From contig OX597823.1 of NCBI GenBank assembly GCA_951406725.2, positions 101,494,001 to 101,558,000 on the forward strand: a DNA stretch of 64,000 nt. The letters run 5' to 3'. The notes below the pieces were generated by a model. It made no database searches, was not told the origin of the DNA, and worked only from the letters and a program-made list of their open reading frames with translations. How positions within the stretch are numbered: position 1 is the first letter of the stretch; every line of letters starts with the position of its first letter. The translations under genes and the position numbers were made by a program. The DNA comes from Octopus vulgaris (Eukaryota). Below are positions 26,247-39,357 of the stretch, piece after piece.

Positions 26247-29200
26247 TCTCTCTATATATAAAACTGAGAATGTGTGTGTGTGTCTGTGTGTGTGTCTCTG
26301 TCTGTCTGTCTGTGTGTTTCCCTAAAACTTGAGAACTACACAACCAATTTTATTCAAATTTTATACATGCCTTACTTAAGGGCCGGGGAGTGTCATCGGC
26401 AAAAAATCTTAACTTTTTCCCTAGGGCGACCCCACTGCAAAATCATATCTTCTCCACTATTTCAGTATTAGGTGTTAAAAGTGAAACAAAAACATCTTTC
26501 TTTTGTAATGCAGACACTTTCACTTTAATTCTGAAACTATTAAAGTGAAAGTATTATATAACAGGGATGAGCCATTAACAATGCTCATCCTTTTTGCTAG
26601 AAGAAGATCCGCTATGGTCTTATATACTACATCACTGGTTTTCAATTCATATTAATCAAATTAATATTAAATTTTTCACCCTTATTATGTGTGTGTGTGT
26701 ATTAGCAATTCGTATAAAATTCCATCAATGACTTGAACTTGAATAAGTGGTTTCACATAAATGGGGATAAATTAAAAAGGTTTGTTGTTATTATTATTAC
26801 TGTTTAACTATTGTTATCACATTTGTTGGTTCCTCGTCAGGGAAACGTTGTTGTGCTGCATTTGTTAAATAATTGTAAACCGTAACCCTCCCCCTTTCGG
26901 AGAAGGAGCTTTGGTTATTGTTTAAAAATTGGATTGTGTCCCTGTTTGGGGAAATTGACAATATTTTCACCGTCTTTACGGAAGCATTTTTGTTAAAATG
27001 CCTTCGATAGAAGAAAGTCCAAAAATGAATTTCGCTGCAGCCGTACACTTCTATACAAGAGGGAGGACAAGATCCAATTGATCGAAATTGCAAGAGACGG
27101 GCCTACAATTCCAGTCTGTTATATATTTTGAGTATTGTTATCACTAGCGATATCAAGATATAACTTTGTATTTTGTATTTTATGTGTAGATGTATATATA
27201 TAGATGTACATGTAATAAGTACACATATATATACACATATATACATGCATAATATATCTACCCATACACACATACGTACACACACACACACATACATAGG
27301 GGCAGGTGTGGCTATGTGGTAACAAACTACGTTCCAAACACATGGTCTTGGGTTCAGTCCCACTGTGTGGTGACTTTGCATGTGTCTTCTGCTGTAGCCT
27401 CAGACCAACAAAAGCCTTCTCAGTTGATTTTGTATATATATACAGGCATACATATATATATACTTGCATACGTACATATTCGGCATAAACATTCTACCAC
27501 TACAACTAATTACTGTTGGGAACACTTTCAAACCTGCCTTACATTCGAACCGGAATCTCAACGCCCGAGTTTTCCATCTGAAGTTAATCTCTCTCATGGA
27601 GCTCATACAAAAAGGGCAAGTCTTTGGGCCCATACAATGTGACATGTGTACACAATCGAGTGGCAAAAAAGGGGCCTTCCACATGCTCATATCCAGCTTT
27701 GGCTCTCAGCGAAGATCAATTCCAAAGACATCCACAAGATAATATCTGCAGAGCTTCCTGATCCAGCTTTAGACAAAGAACTATACGAAATAGTTAAAGC
27801 AAACACAGTACATGGTCCATGTGGGCGTGGATTCAACATAAACACATCATGCTTGAAGGACAGCATATGTTCAAAAAGATTTCCAAGGAGGTTTCTACAA
27901 GGTTCCTCGGACAGGTGCTGATGGGTATCCATCATACAGACGCAGAAAAGCAGAAGACGGAGGTTTCACAGCACGATATTGATAATAGATGGATTGTTCC
28001 ATACTGCCCACTCCTGTCAAAGACTTTCAATGCCCACATCAACGTTGAGTTTTGCAACTCCGTTAAATCCATCAAGTACGTTTGCAAATATGTAAACAAG
28101 GGTTCTGACGCTGCAATGTTTGGACTTCAACAAAAATACTGCCAGGATGAGGTGACGCATTATCAGGTGGGACGGTACATAAGTAGCAACGAAGCTTTCG
28201 GGCGCATCTTTGGCTTTCCAATTCACCAACGACACCCCTCCATTCAACAGCTTGCAGTGCACCTGGAAAATGGTCAAAGAGTGTACTTCACCGATGCTAG
28301 TGATTCTCTGTTGGCAGAGGAACCAAGGGATAGCACACTCACTGCATTCTTCAAGCTTTGTCAAGTGGATCCATTCGCTCAAACCTTGCTGTTTTCCACA
28401 GATTCCATCGTGCTACACTTGGAATGGAAAAAAATGGGCCCCACGGAAAGCAGGTCAAAAGGTTCATGGATACCCTGGCATTAAGTTTCACACTTGCCTT
28501 GGGCGAGTATACACAGTGCATCCAACTCAACAAGAGTGCTTCTACCTTCGTCTACTACTGCATGAGGTCAGAGGGCCAACGTCTTTCCAGGTCCTAAAAA
28601 CCGTTCATGGACATGTCTGCACAGCATACAGAGAAGCCTGCTATCGACAAGATGGTGCACAATGGGATGCAACTTTAGGAGAGGCTGCTTTATCACAATC
28701 ACCTAAAAGTCTCAGGGCACTATTTGTAGTATTACTACAGGCATGCAAACTGTGTGATCCGGCTACTCTATGGTTCAAATATAGAGACAAACTGGCTGGA
28801 GACTTTCAGCGCCAAGCTCAAATGATCTATCCTGACATGGAGGGTATCAGCAATGAAATCTATAACAAAACACTCATTGACGTTGAAGTCAGAATTGCTA
28901 AACTGGGTGGAAATGAATTGTCGACGTATGGCCTGCTACAAGCATTCAGGTCAGGGTCAAATAGCCTTCCCACTGCTGTCATTCGTGAAACAACCTACGA
29001 CACTCAAGCGCTTTCAAAGTACATTGTTGAAAATGAGTCTAAATTACTTCCGGACCAGCTGCAGGCCTACAGAACTATTCTTAACAGTGTACGCCAACGC
29101 GAGGGACGAATCTTCTTCCTCGATGCTCCTGGAGGGACAGGAAAAACATTTATTACAAAGCTTCTCCTTGCAGAAGTTAGGCAGCATCAGGACATTGCAG

Positions 29201-29750
29201 TAGCTGTAGCCTCCTCTGGCATTGCAGCTACTTTGTTACCCGGTGGCAGGACAGTACTATCAACTTTTAAACTCCCTCTCAATTTAGCAGCATCCGAAAT
29301 GCCTTCATGCAACATCAACAAAAGCTCAGATCAGGGACAAGTACTTAAAATGTGTCATCTAATTGTCTGGGATGAGTGCACTATGGCTCACAAGGGAGCA
29401 TTAGATAGAGCTCTGAAAGACATCCGAGACTGTCAGGCTCCAATGGGAGGTGTAACACTTCTGTTGTCAGGTGATTTCAGGCAAACTCTTCCTGTCATTC
29501 CGAAAGGCAGTAGAGCATATGAAATCCAAGCATGCCTAAAGTCCTCTACCCTGTGGCATTATGTTACAATTCCTCAGTCTCACCACTAACATGAGAGCTC
29601 AGCTGCAGGGCGACAAAATGTCCACAAAGTTTGCGCAGGACATTTTGACACTTGGTGAAGGCAAGATGCCTCTCGATGCTGCAGGACAAATGGAAGTGTG
29701 GTCATTTTCCTCTGTTGTTAATTCTGTAGATGACCTCAAAAACAAAGTCA
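26247..29750 (+). mobile_element. Helitron derivative: 5' end, shared cargo block, SINE head, then RepHel coding remnant; 3' end missing
   Basis: Third TCTCTCTATATATAAAACTGAG start; 26560-27470 is nearly identical to 55140-56050; RepHel sequence follows. Confidence 0.75.
27481..29750 (+). pseudogene. Helitron Rep/PIF1-like helicase (RepHel), partial and frameshifted
   Basis: HUH motif YTIEWQKRGLPHAHI, Rep motif 3 SIKYVCKYVNKG, DNRWIVPY, Walker A FFLDAPGGTGKT, Walker B IVWDEC, GDFRQTLP. Confidence 0.92.
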
Positions 29751-29942
29751 TCTATCTGTCTCTCTCTCTCCCTTTCTCTCTCTACCCCTTTCTCGCTATC
29801 TTTGCTAAATATGGATCTATCCATTTCTTTTTCTCTTTATTACTGTTTGTTTAGCAAGATTCTTATTTATTATCCATAAATATGCATTTATACACATACG
29901 CATATAAACGCACGTATATATATATGCATATATATATATGTG

Positions 29943-29974
<32 letters not shown>

Positions 29975-30152
29975 CATATATATGTCAAACATAATGAGAT
30001 GTATTAATGTACTAACTTGTATCTGTGTATGTGTGTGCGTGTGTGTGCATGTGTGTATTTCTATGTCTATGTGGTCGTGACGGTTTCATTAAGCCCTTAA
30101 TTAAATGTTTTCCTTTCGCATCTATTTTGAAAGCATCTGATATATGTATGCA

Positions 30153-30201
<49 letters not shown>

Positions 30202-30232
30202 TCTGTATACACACACACACTTTATTAGTGGA

Positions 30233-30480
30233 TTAAGGCTACCATTGGTTTCATGTTAAGGCGATCCTTAACAATTATCCAGTCTAACACATGTAACATA
30301 ATTGTAGGTCTCTATTTATCTTAATCTAAAATGGAGACGAACACCTATTTTCCAGGTGATAAGCTTCATAATTGTTAAGTGTTTCTTTAACATGAAACCA
30401 ATGGTAGCCTTAACCGACGAATAAAGAATATTTATCCATCACAGCGGTGTTAGGCACTCATTATCGTTGTTCAGTGTTTA
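30233..30480 (+). mobile_element. Degenerate fold-back element with hammerhead remnant (probably U3-A8 type)
   Basis: Arms 30233-30278 and 30368-30413. Combining both arms suggests (TT)GATAA-stem II TGTTAAGG/CCTTAACA-GAAA-CCAATGG-TA-GCC; AATAAA follows. Confidence 0.55.
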
Positions 30481-30589
30481 TGTACACACACATGTATGTA
30501 TATATGTATGTGCATATATACATGTATATATGCATGAAAGGAGAGAGAAACATATGTATATATAGAAAATAGTAAAAAGTAAAAAAACT

Positions 30590-31340
30590 ACAGAAGGCTT
30601 GTTTTAAATGGTTAAAAAATATATATTTGAGTCAATATGTCTGAAGAATGTTATAAATTTTTTCATACAATGACATAGTTTTTGAAGAAATGACCGGTTT
30701 CGCGTTCAGCTTTTCAAATTTCTTACATCGTTATGCTTACGTTGAGAAGAGTTATCGTTATGTTTACGTTGAGAAGAGTTCCAGATAAGGGGAGGTAATA
30801 AGTGATTTCTTCCGGTGTAAGGGAGATAATCGCTTAAAATTTATTGCCTTTCTTTTGGAGTGAATTTCTCTGTATAAGTATGTTGGAATGGTTAAGTTTG
30901 GGCTTGTATTTTTCAATGAAGAATGTTTCCTTGTTTAGTCTAATTTGTGTTGGTGTTCCGATAGCACATTGGTAAAATGGAAAGATTAAAAATTGTGGTA
31001 GAAGTTGCTTTGCGCATTTCTCAATGTGCTCACTAAAGGGTATCATTCTGTATTCTGGGAATGCAATCTGTTGTCGATGCAGTGTGCATCTACGTCTGAG
31101 TGATAGTCCCGTGGACCCCACGTAGTCTTGGTGGCAGCCCGAGCATTTTATGACATAAATTGTGTTTTCAGAGGCACAAGTAAAATTAGATTTGATCTTG
31201 AATTTCTGTCCCTCTTTGAAGAGGAATTCTGATCCTTCTAGCAGGTTTGGACATGTTGCACAGTTCGGTCTACCACATTTTTTTTACTTTTGCATCCGTA
31301 ATTTCAGAAAACAATTTTGCCTTTGTGAGAATCTTTTTAT
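30590..31340 (-). mobile_element. 3' fragment of a second Neptune-like PLE (GIY-YIG + 3' pLTR remnant)
   Basis: KKILTKAKLF, CGRPNCATC linker, IYVIKCSGCHQDYVGSTG and IRLNKETFFIEKYKPKLN, homologous to 13200-13735. Confidence 0.85.
30685..30724 (-). ncRNA. Minimal type-I hammerhead with U3-A8 core
   Basis: Minus strand AAGAAAT-TTGAAAA-GC(TGAAC)GC-GAAA-CCGG-TC-ATTTCTT: perfect 7-bp stem I, GUC site, palindromic stem III; downstream of the PLE stop codon. Confidence 0.75.
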
Positions 31341-31489
31341 ATATATGTATGTATGTATGCATGTATGTATGTATGTATGTATGTATGTATGTATGTATGT
31401 ATGTATGTATGTATGTATGTATGTATGTATGCATGCATGTATGTATGTATGTATGTATGTATGTATGTATGTATGTATGTATGTATTCA

Positions 31490-31700
31490 AAAGCAGCAGA
31501 AATATAACAAAAGCTGTTACTCAGAGTTTCACGTTCCCGTTCGTCAGACATTAATAAAACTGTCTGACGAACGGGAACGTGAAACTCTGAGTAACAGCTT
31601 TTGTTATATTTCTGCTGCTTTCCAATAAAGCATATTACTCTACCTCTGGTATTTGAGTACTCTTTTTCCAACTACTTTCACATTTATGTGCTTACTCCGG
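31490..31700 (+). mobile_element. Fold-back mini-element with perfect 61-bp arms, between (TATG)n and (TA)n
   Basis: 31490-31550 and 31561-31621 are exact reverse complements with a 10-nt loop; AATAAA and a tail run to 31700. Confidence 0.85.
31560..31597 (+). ncRNA. Canonical minimal type-I hammerhead ribozyme (mirrored on minus strand in the left arm)
   Basis: CTGT-CTGACGA-ACG(GGAA)CGT-GAAA-CTC(T)GAG-TA-ACAG; all core nucleotides intact; predicted cleavage after GUA at 31593. Confidence 0.8.
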
Positions 31701-31703
31701 TAT

Positions 31704-31790
<87 letters not shown>

Positions 31791-32254
31791 GTATGTATAT
31801 ATGTATAAAACTATATACGTACTTAAGCATACATAGGTAGATCTTATGTGTGTTTCTTTGAGTGTGCGTGCGCGTATGTGTGCCATTGCATAATCCGGTG
31901 ATTAGGATTAAAGAAATTTCTCAATCTGGAAGCAATTGGCTTAAAATGGTGACTAAAGCGAAACATCAACAAAACCAAAATCATCGCTTCTTTGGTGCCA
32001 ATGAATATCGTCTGATGGTACATCGGGTACTTTTGATAATCTTTTCAATAAACAACCTTCCAGACGAGAGAAAAAGATTAAATTTTATTAACTGAATTAC
32101 ATATATAAATGTGTGTGTGTGTGTAATTGTGCGTGTTTATATGTGTGTTTGTGTGTGTGTGTGTATGTGTGAATCTGTTATTGTTGTTGACGTTGCTGTT
32201 TTACTTTTAGTTTACATTTATAGGAAACGAATGTTTTAGAAAGAATTTCTCATC

Positions 32255-32298
32255 TGGCAGCAGCAGCAGGAGCATCATCAGTAGTAGTAGTAGTAGTG

Positions 32299-32345
<47 letters not shown>

Positions 32346-32475
32346 CGTAGTCGTAGTAGTAATAGTAGTAGTTGTTGTAGTAGTAGTAGTGGTAGTAGTG
32401 GTAGTAGTAGTAGTAATAATAGTAATAGTAGTAGTGGTAGTAGGAATAGTAGTAATAGTAGCAGCAGCAGCAACA

Positions 32476-32561
<86 letters not shown>

Positions 32562-32810
32562 TGCTGTTGTTGTTTTGATTTCTATGTTAGGTACCGGATT
32601 ATAATAAATTTGAAAAGTGCGGCAGCATGCGATGATTACTAACTGCCAGATATACGACGACGGCGACGGCAACGAGCACCGCCACCACTATTACGACTAC
32701 TACCCACTACCACTGCTGCTGCTGCTACTACTACTATTATTACTACTACTACTACTACTACTACTAGTAATTGTAAGGATGTCGGCGATGATGAAGGCTA
32801 AGAAATTAAA

Positions 32811-32874
<64 letters not shown>

Positions 32875-32905
32875 ATGATGGAGACGACGGCGACGACGAT
32901 GACGC
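32255..32905. repeat. Compound trinucleotide microsatellites (GTA)n/(GCA)n, (CTG)n/(CTA)n, (GAT)n
   Basis: Directly visible. Confidence 0.9.
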
Positions 32906-35900
32906 TGCAACAGTACGATTTCTAACACTGGCTTCACTCGTTTGAAAGGAACCCAGCATAATAAAAGTTTTCTTCACTAGTACACGATTGAATAATACAT
33001 ATTGTGCATAATGATGTTAGCAGGTTCTGGATTGAATAATGGAAAATTCTGAACCTCATACTGTTTGGACGTACAGGCAAAGTGTAAGTACCAGCTCAGA
33101 ATCTACTAGAATAGGTAACCATACCGCGCCAGAACCCTCAGTTTAGCTTTATGGCAATCACTTTATTTCTGTTACATGATTTGATCATCTTAGGCGGACA
33201 TTAATCCTGCTTCATGGTTAGTACCCATGGACGAGATTTATGGCAGGCAGTTAGTCTTGTTCCGTGTATGCATGGCCATGACTCCCGGCTTTTTCTTCAT
33301 GGCTAGTTCCTTAGTTCCACTTCATGGTTAATATTGACGGATATGGTTCATCGCTTCATTGTTGGGCATCTAAATACGCTTCATGAAGCTAGGCTAGCCT
33401 TCACAATGCTTGCTAGAATAGAGAAGAGACATTAGATGAATGCACACATTTGCACATTTGTCGCAGAGGTTGACGTTGAAATTAATGGAAACAACGACCA
33501 GAATCACTCTGGAAGGAATTATAAAAACTTACAACAAGAATGCTTAACTCCACATCGAACCATCGCACCAAAATATGTCTATTCTACGAAACATCACATC
33601 ATCTCCCCACCCCACCAAGCATCTACGCATCCCACCCGTATCATAAAATCTCTCCCCCCCATCAAATCTCCCCCACTCCATCCTGCAAAACGTCTATCTA
33701 TCTCACCAAACATCCAACCAAAGAAAATATATTAATAGTAACAAAAAAAAGAAAATGAAACGATAGAATATGGTATGGAATCAAAATTTTAAAGAATTTA
33801 ACCGACCCAACACACACAAGAAAAATATGAAATTTCTCACTGAAAAGATATCAACTAGAACAGTGAAAGAGAAAGAAGATATCGCAATGATGCGTGAAAT
33901 TCGAATTAATATTAGGAAAATATTGAGAAAAAATGCAACGTGATATAAAACATTAACATAATAATAAACCAAAATAAATAATAATACACAAGAAACAAAC
34001 AAAACCCAAAATACCGAGATGATATAACTATAAAAAAAAACAGTCAACAGGTAGATGGAGAAAAACAACTAAAGAAACATGAACAAGAATAATAGAATTT
34101 GAAAAAGAGAATGAAGGAATTCAAGCAAAATAAAGTATTTTTGTGGAAACAGTCAAAGAACATATGAGTCGATATAATATAACGATAGAAATAGAAAATA
34201 TCTTAGCAATAAAGAAATGTTAGAATTTTTGATTTGTTTCTAAAAAATCCCATGAATCGACCGAATCTAAGAAGAGAAAATTATAAATATTTCATATACC
34301 AAGAAACAAGGATAATTAAGCAACACTGGAAGGAATGACAAGAAAACGTGACTGCGCGTCAGTCGGCAAAGATCAAATCTATTTTATCCGGTTACAGGGA
34401 AGATATTTCGGATAAAGCTCTCATATGTCTTGCATACATATCATATATTGCCCAGAAGTCGAATAGTTTCGTGAAATAACCCACTCAAGCACCGAAGTAC
34501 AAACATCTAATACAAGGCAATGATAATTACACGCACACATACAGACACTCACAAGCTTACACACAGATGCTCGCGAACATCACACACACACACACACATA
34601 TGCATGTATACCTGCTAACACATGCATATGCACGTGCATACATACGTGCATATACTATAGTAAAAAAAATCAATTACGAGAAATGAATGATCACAGAAAT
34701 GAGATTTTCCCATTTGCTCTGATCCTCTCGAAGATTTCAGCGCAACAAATGAATAAGAGGATCAGCCAATTCCAAGAAATGGACGACTTATCAGATACAC
34801 ACGGGAGAGTTACATCGTGATCGATCAACTTGAAAGAAATAGCAGCTAAATCTTTCTCAAAGTTCACCCTAAGGATAGACAAATTGGTTATTGTATTCCC
34901 AGATACACCATTTCTGAAGAAGAAGGAATTAGATGGTCATCGATACTATGTCTTTGGTTATAAATCTGTTTAATCAAGAATAATAAAACACGAACCTTGG
35001 CAATACTTGTAAGAAGAATTGAAGAAACTTTTATCAATTTAGTCATTCGTGGGGATACGAGACTAACACTGAAACACGAAATTACTCACCAGCTTTTCTT
35101 TTTTATTTTTTCAATTAATATGGCGTCCTACACAGAATCGTTTTTTTTCTGGTTTTTCTTACCTGATCTGAGTCTTTTATTTTCAAAAATTCGTCATTAA
35201 AGGAAAGGAGATACTCTGGACCTTAACAAATATTCCAAAACTTCGAGTCGCCCTGAGTCTTATGGTTAGAATTGGTTCAGGAAAAAAATATGTCATAACA
35301 AAAAACTTCTGGAACATTTCAAGATGATTTCATTTACGGGTAAAAAGGACTGGGTGACAGGTTCAGCGGAAGCTAGGAGATGATGCACTGTATATGTAAC
35401 AGGAAGATGAGAGAACGGCAAAATGGATTGGGTGAACTTTATTGGAAAGCGTATGCAATTAGCTATTTCAGAAGAACAGAAATTGTTAAAATAACGAGAA
35501 ACGAAAGGTAGCTTCTGTGAGTTTTGGTCAAACAGGTAGGTGATCTTCTTTTAATTTCAGTTTATGATGTTCGCATGTGCAACCGCTTCGCATTGTCACC
35601 TATGTGAGAGGTGCACTCTTGTGAGGGTCTTATATGAGGTTTTAGAGTAGGCGAGTAACATTTCAGCGTTAAAGTGTTTTCTGACGCCACTCTTTTGAGA
35701 TAAAGTTTTGGCAGTGCATATAAGGAGTTAGTTGTGATTGCATTGCTGGATAGTAACAAGCTCGCTTCTAAATTACGATGTGGTTCGATCCCACTGCATA
35801 GCACCTTGTGTAAGTGTCATCTGTGTCATTCACCAGTAGCTTCGAGTCGCCCTGAGTCTTATGGTTAGAATTGGTTAGATGGAAGGTCGTTTGATACAAA

Positions 35901-36329
35901 GGTCTAGTCTGATTGCACAGTGTGTCACACTGATTTCGTTTGAAGACTACGTTAAAGGTACACTCGGTGGAATACTCGGCCACAAATACAATAATTCAAT
36001 GAGTCGGTAGCTCAGTTGATCGAACGACTTAACATTCATCGTCCAACTGGACGGAAATCCATTGACTTACATATGTGGTGTTGCCATAAGAAATTACCAG
36101 AGGGCGTAAAACCTAACATTTTTAGGAAATGTTGAGGTTTCATTAGTGTGCTGCTGATAACTTGGCTGAATTCATGTCTGTTGTGTCGATGTGTGTACTG
36201 ATTGAGTGATTGAGTCTCTACAATAGAGATATTGTCTCTCTTCAATAAAGATATTTTTACATCATTATTGAATGTACTCTGGATTATTCTTCAATGAGGC
36301 AGTTTATGTCTGGAACAAGGTGACCAGGA

Positions 36330-36383
36330 TGTGTGTAAATAATACTGTGTGTAAATAATACTGTGTGTAAATAATACTGTGTA
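36330..36383. repeat. Three tandem copies of TGTGTGTAAATAATAC (probable amplified TSD)
   Basis: Units at 36330, 36346 and 36362; TGTAAATAATAC recurs at 39356-39367 at the end of the LINE tail. Confidence 0.8.
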
Positions 36384-36699
36384 TAGATAATTTTAATTCC
36401 ATCTTTTAGAATTTCGTTAAGTAAATTACTCGCTTCTCCCCTTGTTTAATTCCGTTTCTCCCACCACATCGTCCCTAAGTTAACTTGCTTGTTTGCTGTG
36501 CGCCAGCCCTCACCCACCCTCACCACCAGTACCGGATATCTCTCTATTCTCTCCCCTTCTCTATCTTATCTCTTTCCTTCTCTTTTTCTATCTCCCTCCC
36601 TCTCTTTATCGCCTTCCCTTGGCCTTATGAAATGAAGTGAAGCAAAAAGTTATTAGGCTGCCCTTGTCAGGTCAGGTCCGATGTATGCAGCATCGGATC

Positions 36700-39357
36700 C
36701 TACTACTGGTAAACTGTAAACCAGTACAACCTTGTACGCCTAGAATTATGGTGCTTGAGATAGATGGAAATCCGAAAACAACATTGGTATGTGTGAATAG
36801 CCCACATAATTCGTCTGTGGTAGACGAGATTGAGAATTTTTATACAACCCTTCGTTCAACCATTGAGCAAGTACCTCTCCATAATTTTCTAGTTATAGAT
36901 GGTGATCTGAACGCTAGACTAGGACCCGATGAGACCAAGTTTACTTTCAACGCTAGAACTAATCGGAACGGGGAAATGCTCAAAGACTTCTTAGAGGAAT
37001 TTAATCTTTACACCTCCAACAATTATTTTATGAAACCAAAAGGACAACTTTGGACATTCGAGTCCCCACTTGGTGATAGGGCACAAATTGACTACCTCAT
37101 TTTTCGAAAGAAGTGGCGCAATAGTGTTAAAGACTCGAGATCCTACTCTTCCTTTCGTTCTGTCGGCTCTGACCACAGAATTGTATCAGCTACCGTTAAG
37201 CTTAGTCTTCGCTCATCCAAAAAAGCTAAGCATCACCCGATGAAAACGATCGACTGGGAGGAAGTCTCGTCTAACCCCGATATGTCCAAGCAATTTACTA
37301 TTGAGGTCCTATAACACATTTCAATCTTTGTCAACTTCTGAAATAGATGCTGAGAACATTGAAGAAGTCTCCAAATCAACAGAGGAAGTTGCACTGGCTA
37401 CTCTTCCCAAAAAGAAGAGTAGGGGCCAGAGCAAACCTTCTATTTCCCCAAATGTCATCGAAGCCAGAAACCATCTAAAGTCTACATCACTAGCTTACCA
37501 CCGTTCTCCATCAAAGTCACTGAAGATCCAACTCATAACTGCCAAGAAGAATCTTGATGATGCTTACTTGAACGCCGAGGTCGACTTTATCAACGGCAAA
37601 ATTAGCAAACTATCCAAAGAGCACATTAGTAAAAAACACCATCTCGCCTGGAAATCCATCAAAGACCTACCAGGCAAAAATTCTGGGTCATCAATTAGAA
37701 TTAAAAGGGGGTCAGCTAAGAAGCGTTTAGAAAATTGGTCAACTCATTTTAAAAACCTTCTTGGGAAGAATGCCAAAATCTCTGATAATCCCACTCTTCC
37801 AAGTGTGCCTATATCAGATACGCTGGACATCAACACCTCCCCTTTTACAATATTTGAACTAACAGCAGCCACTAAACAACTGAAAGCCTCGAAAGCATTT
37901 GGTCCCGACAACATCCCAGCTATAATTTGGAAGGATGATAGATTTCACGCACTTTTGCTCAATCTTTGCAACCACACGCTTTCCACTTTTGTAGCTCCAA
38001 AGATTTGGCACCAATCTCAAATCATCCCAATACCCCAAAAAGGCGATTTATCCCTCGTCACCAACTACAGGGGTATATCTCTAATGTCAATTGCAGCAAA
38101 ATTGTACAACAAACTGATTCTAAAGCGTCTCGTCCTTTTTGTTGAACCTTTGCTCCGAAAGAACCAAAATGGATTCAGACATGGGCGCTCAACGTTGAGC
38201 CAAATACCATGCCTACGCAGACTTATTGAAGAATCAAAAGCATTTAATCGCGATCTTGCAATGGTGTTTGTAGACTTTTCTAAGGCGTTCAACTCTTTAG
38301 ATAGGTACAGGATGTTTGAAATCCTTAAGCTCTATGGGATACCAGACAAAATCATTTCTGCCATCAAGGTCCTCTACACAGATACGTCTTCAACCATCTT
38401 AACCCCTGACGGTGAAACATCATTTTTCCCAATCAAAGCCGGAATACTGCAGGGAGACACACTCGCCCCATTTCTCTTCATCATTGTCGTCGACTATGTG
38501 CTACGTATATCAGTTGATACCATTTCTGGCAAGGGCTTTGAAATAAAACCTAGAAGTTCCAGACACCCAGCTGAATACTTGACAGACACTGACTTTGCTG
38601 ACAACATCGCTCTTATCAGTGATTCTCTCTCCAATGCCCAGTCTCTTTTACAATCTCTCGAACAAGCCTCAAATTGTGTAGGTCTTTACTTCAATGAGGC
38701 CAAGACTGAATATGTAAACAAGTGCCTGTCCAACAGTGATTGCATAATCCATACTCTCAACAATACGCCCTTAAATATGGTTTCTGATTACAAATATCTT
38801 GGGTCATACATATCATCATCTGGAAAAGATTTTCTAACTAGAAAGGGTATGGCCTGGTCAGCCTATAATGATATGCATAAGATCTGGTCATCAAATCTAA
38901 GTAGAGACTTCAAACTTGAAATCTTCAAAGCCACAGTCGAACCAATTCTACTACATGGCTCAGAAACCTGGACGTTATCAAAGAAGCTTGAGAGGCGGTT
39001 GGATGGAATTTACACTCGCCTCCTTATGAGAGCTCAAAATCTCTCGTGGAAGCGTCATTCAACCAAAATGCAAATATATGGGAAACTACCACCTGTGTCA
39101 TCTCTTGTGAAAGGTAGGAGAGTCCAGTTTGCTGGACATTGTTGTAGAGCTGAAAACGAGGCAATTTCTACTCTTCTCCTCTGGAATCCATCTACTCGCA
39201 ATACCAGAGGGCGCACATTCTCCTACCCTGATGTAATCTCTAGGGATACAGGCATCCAGCAACAGGACCTCCGTAATGCTATGATGGACCGTGAAGTCTG
39301 GCGTAGCATGGTAAATTCCATTGTCTCGACCACGGTCGAACAATGATGATGATGATG
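36700..39357 (+). mobile_element. 5'-truncated RTE/RTEX-clade LINE (APE + RT), young but disabled
   Basis: APE motifs GDLNAR, QIDYL, SDHRIV (36637-37314); frameshift at about 37310; RT with NYRGISL, QNGFR, VDFSKAF, GILQGDTLAP, DFADNI (catalytic D to N), YLGS and FAGHC. The stop codon is the first unit of a (TGA)n tail. Confidence 0.92.

Noticed and set aside
35241-35876. Direct repeat of about 36 bp, 600 bp apart
   Set aside because: Lies within a degenerate SINE copy; probably a local duplication with no further structure.
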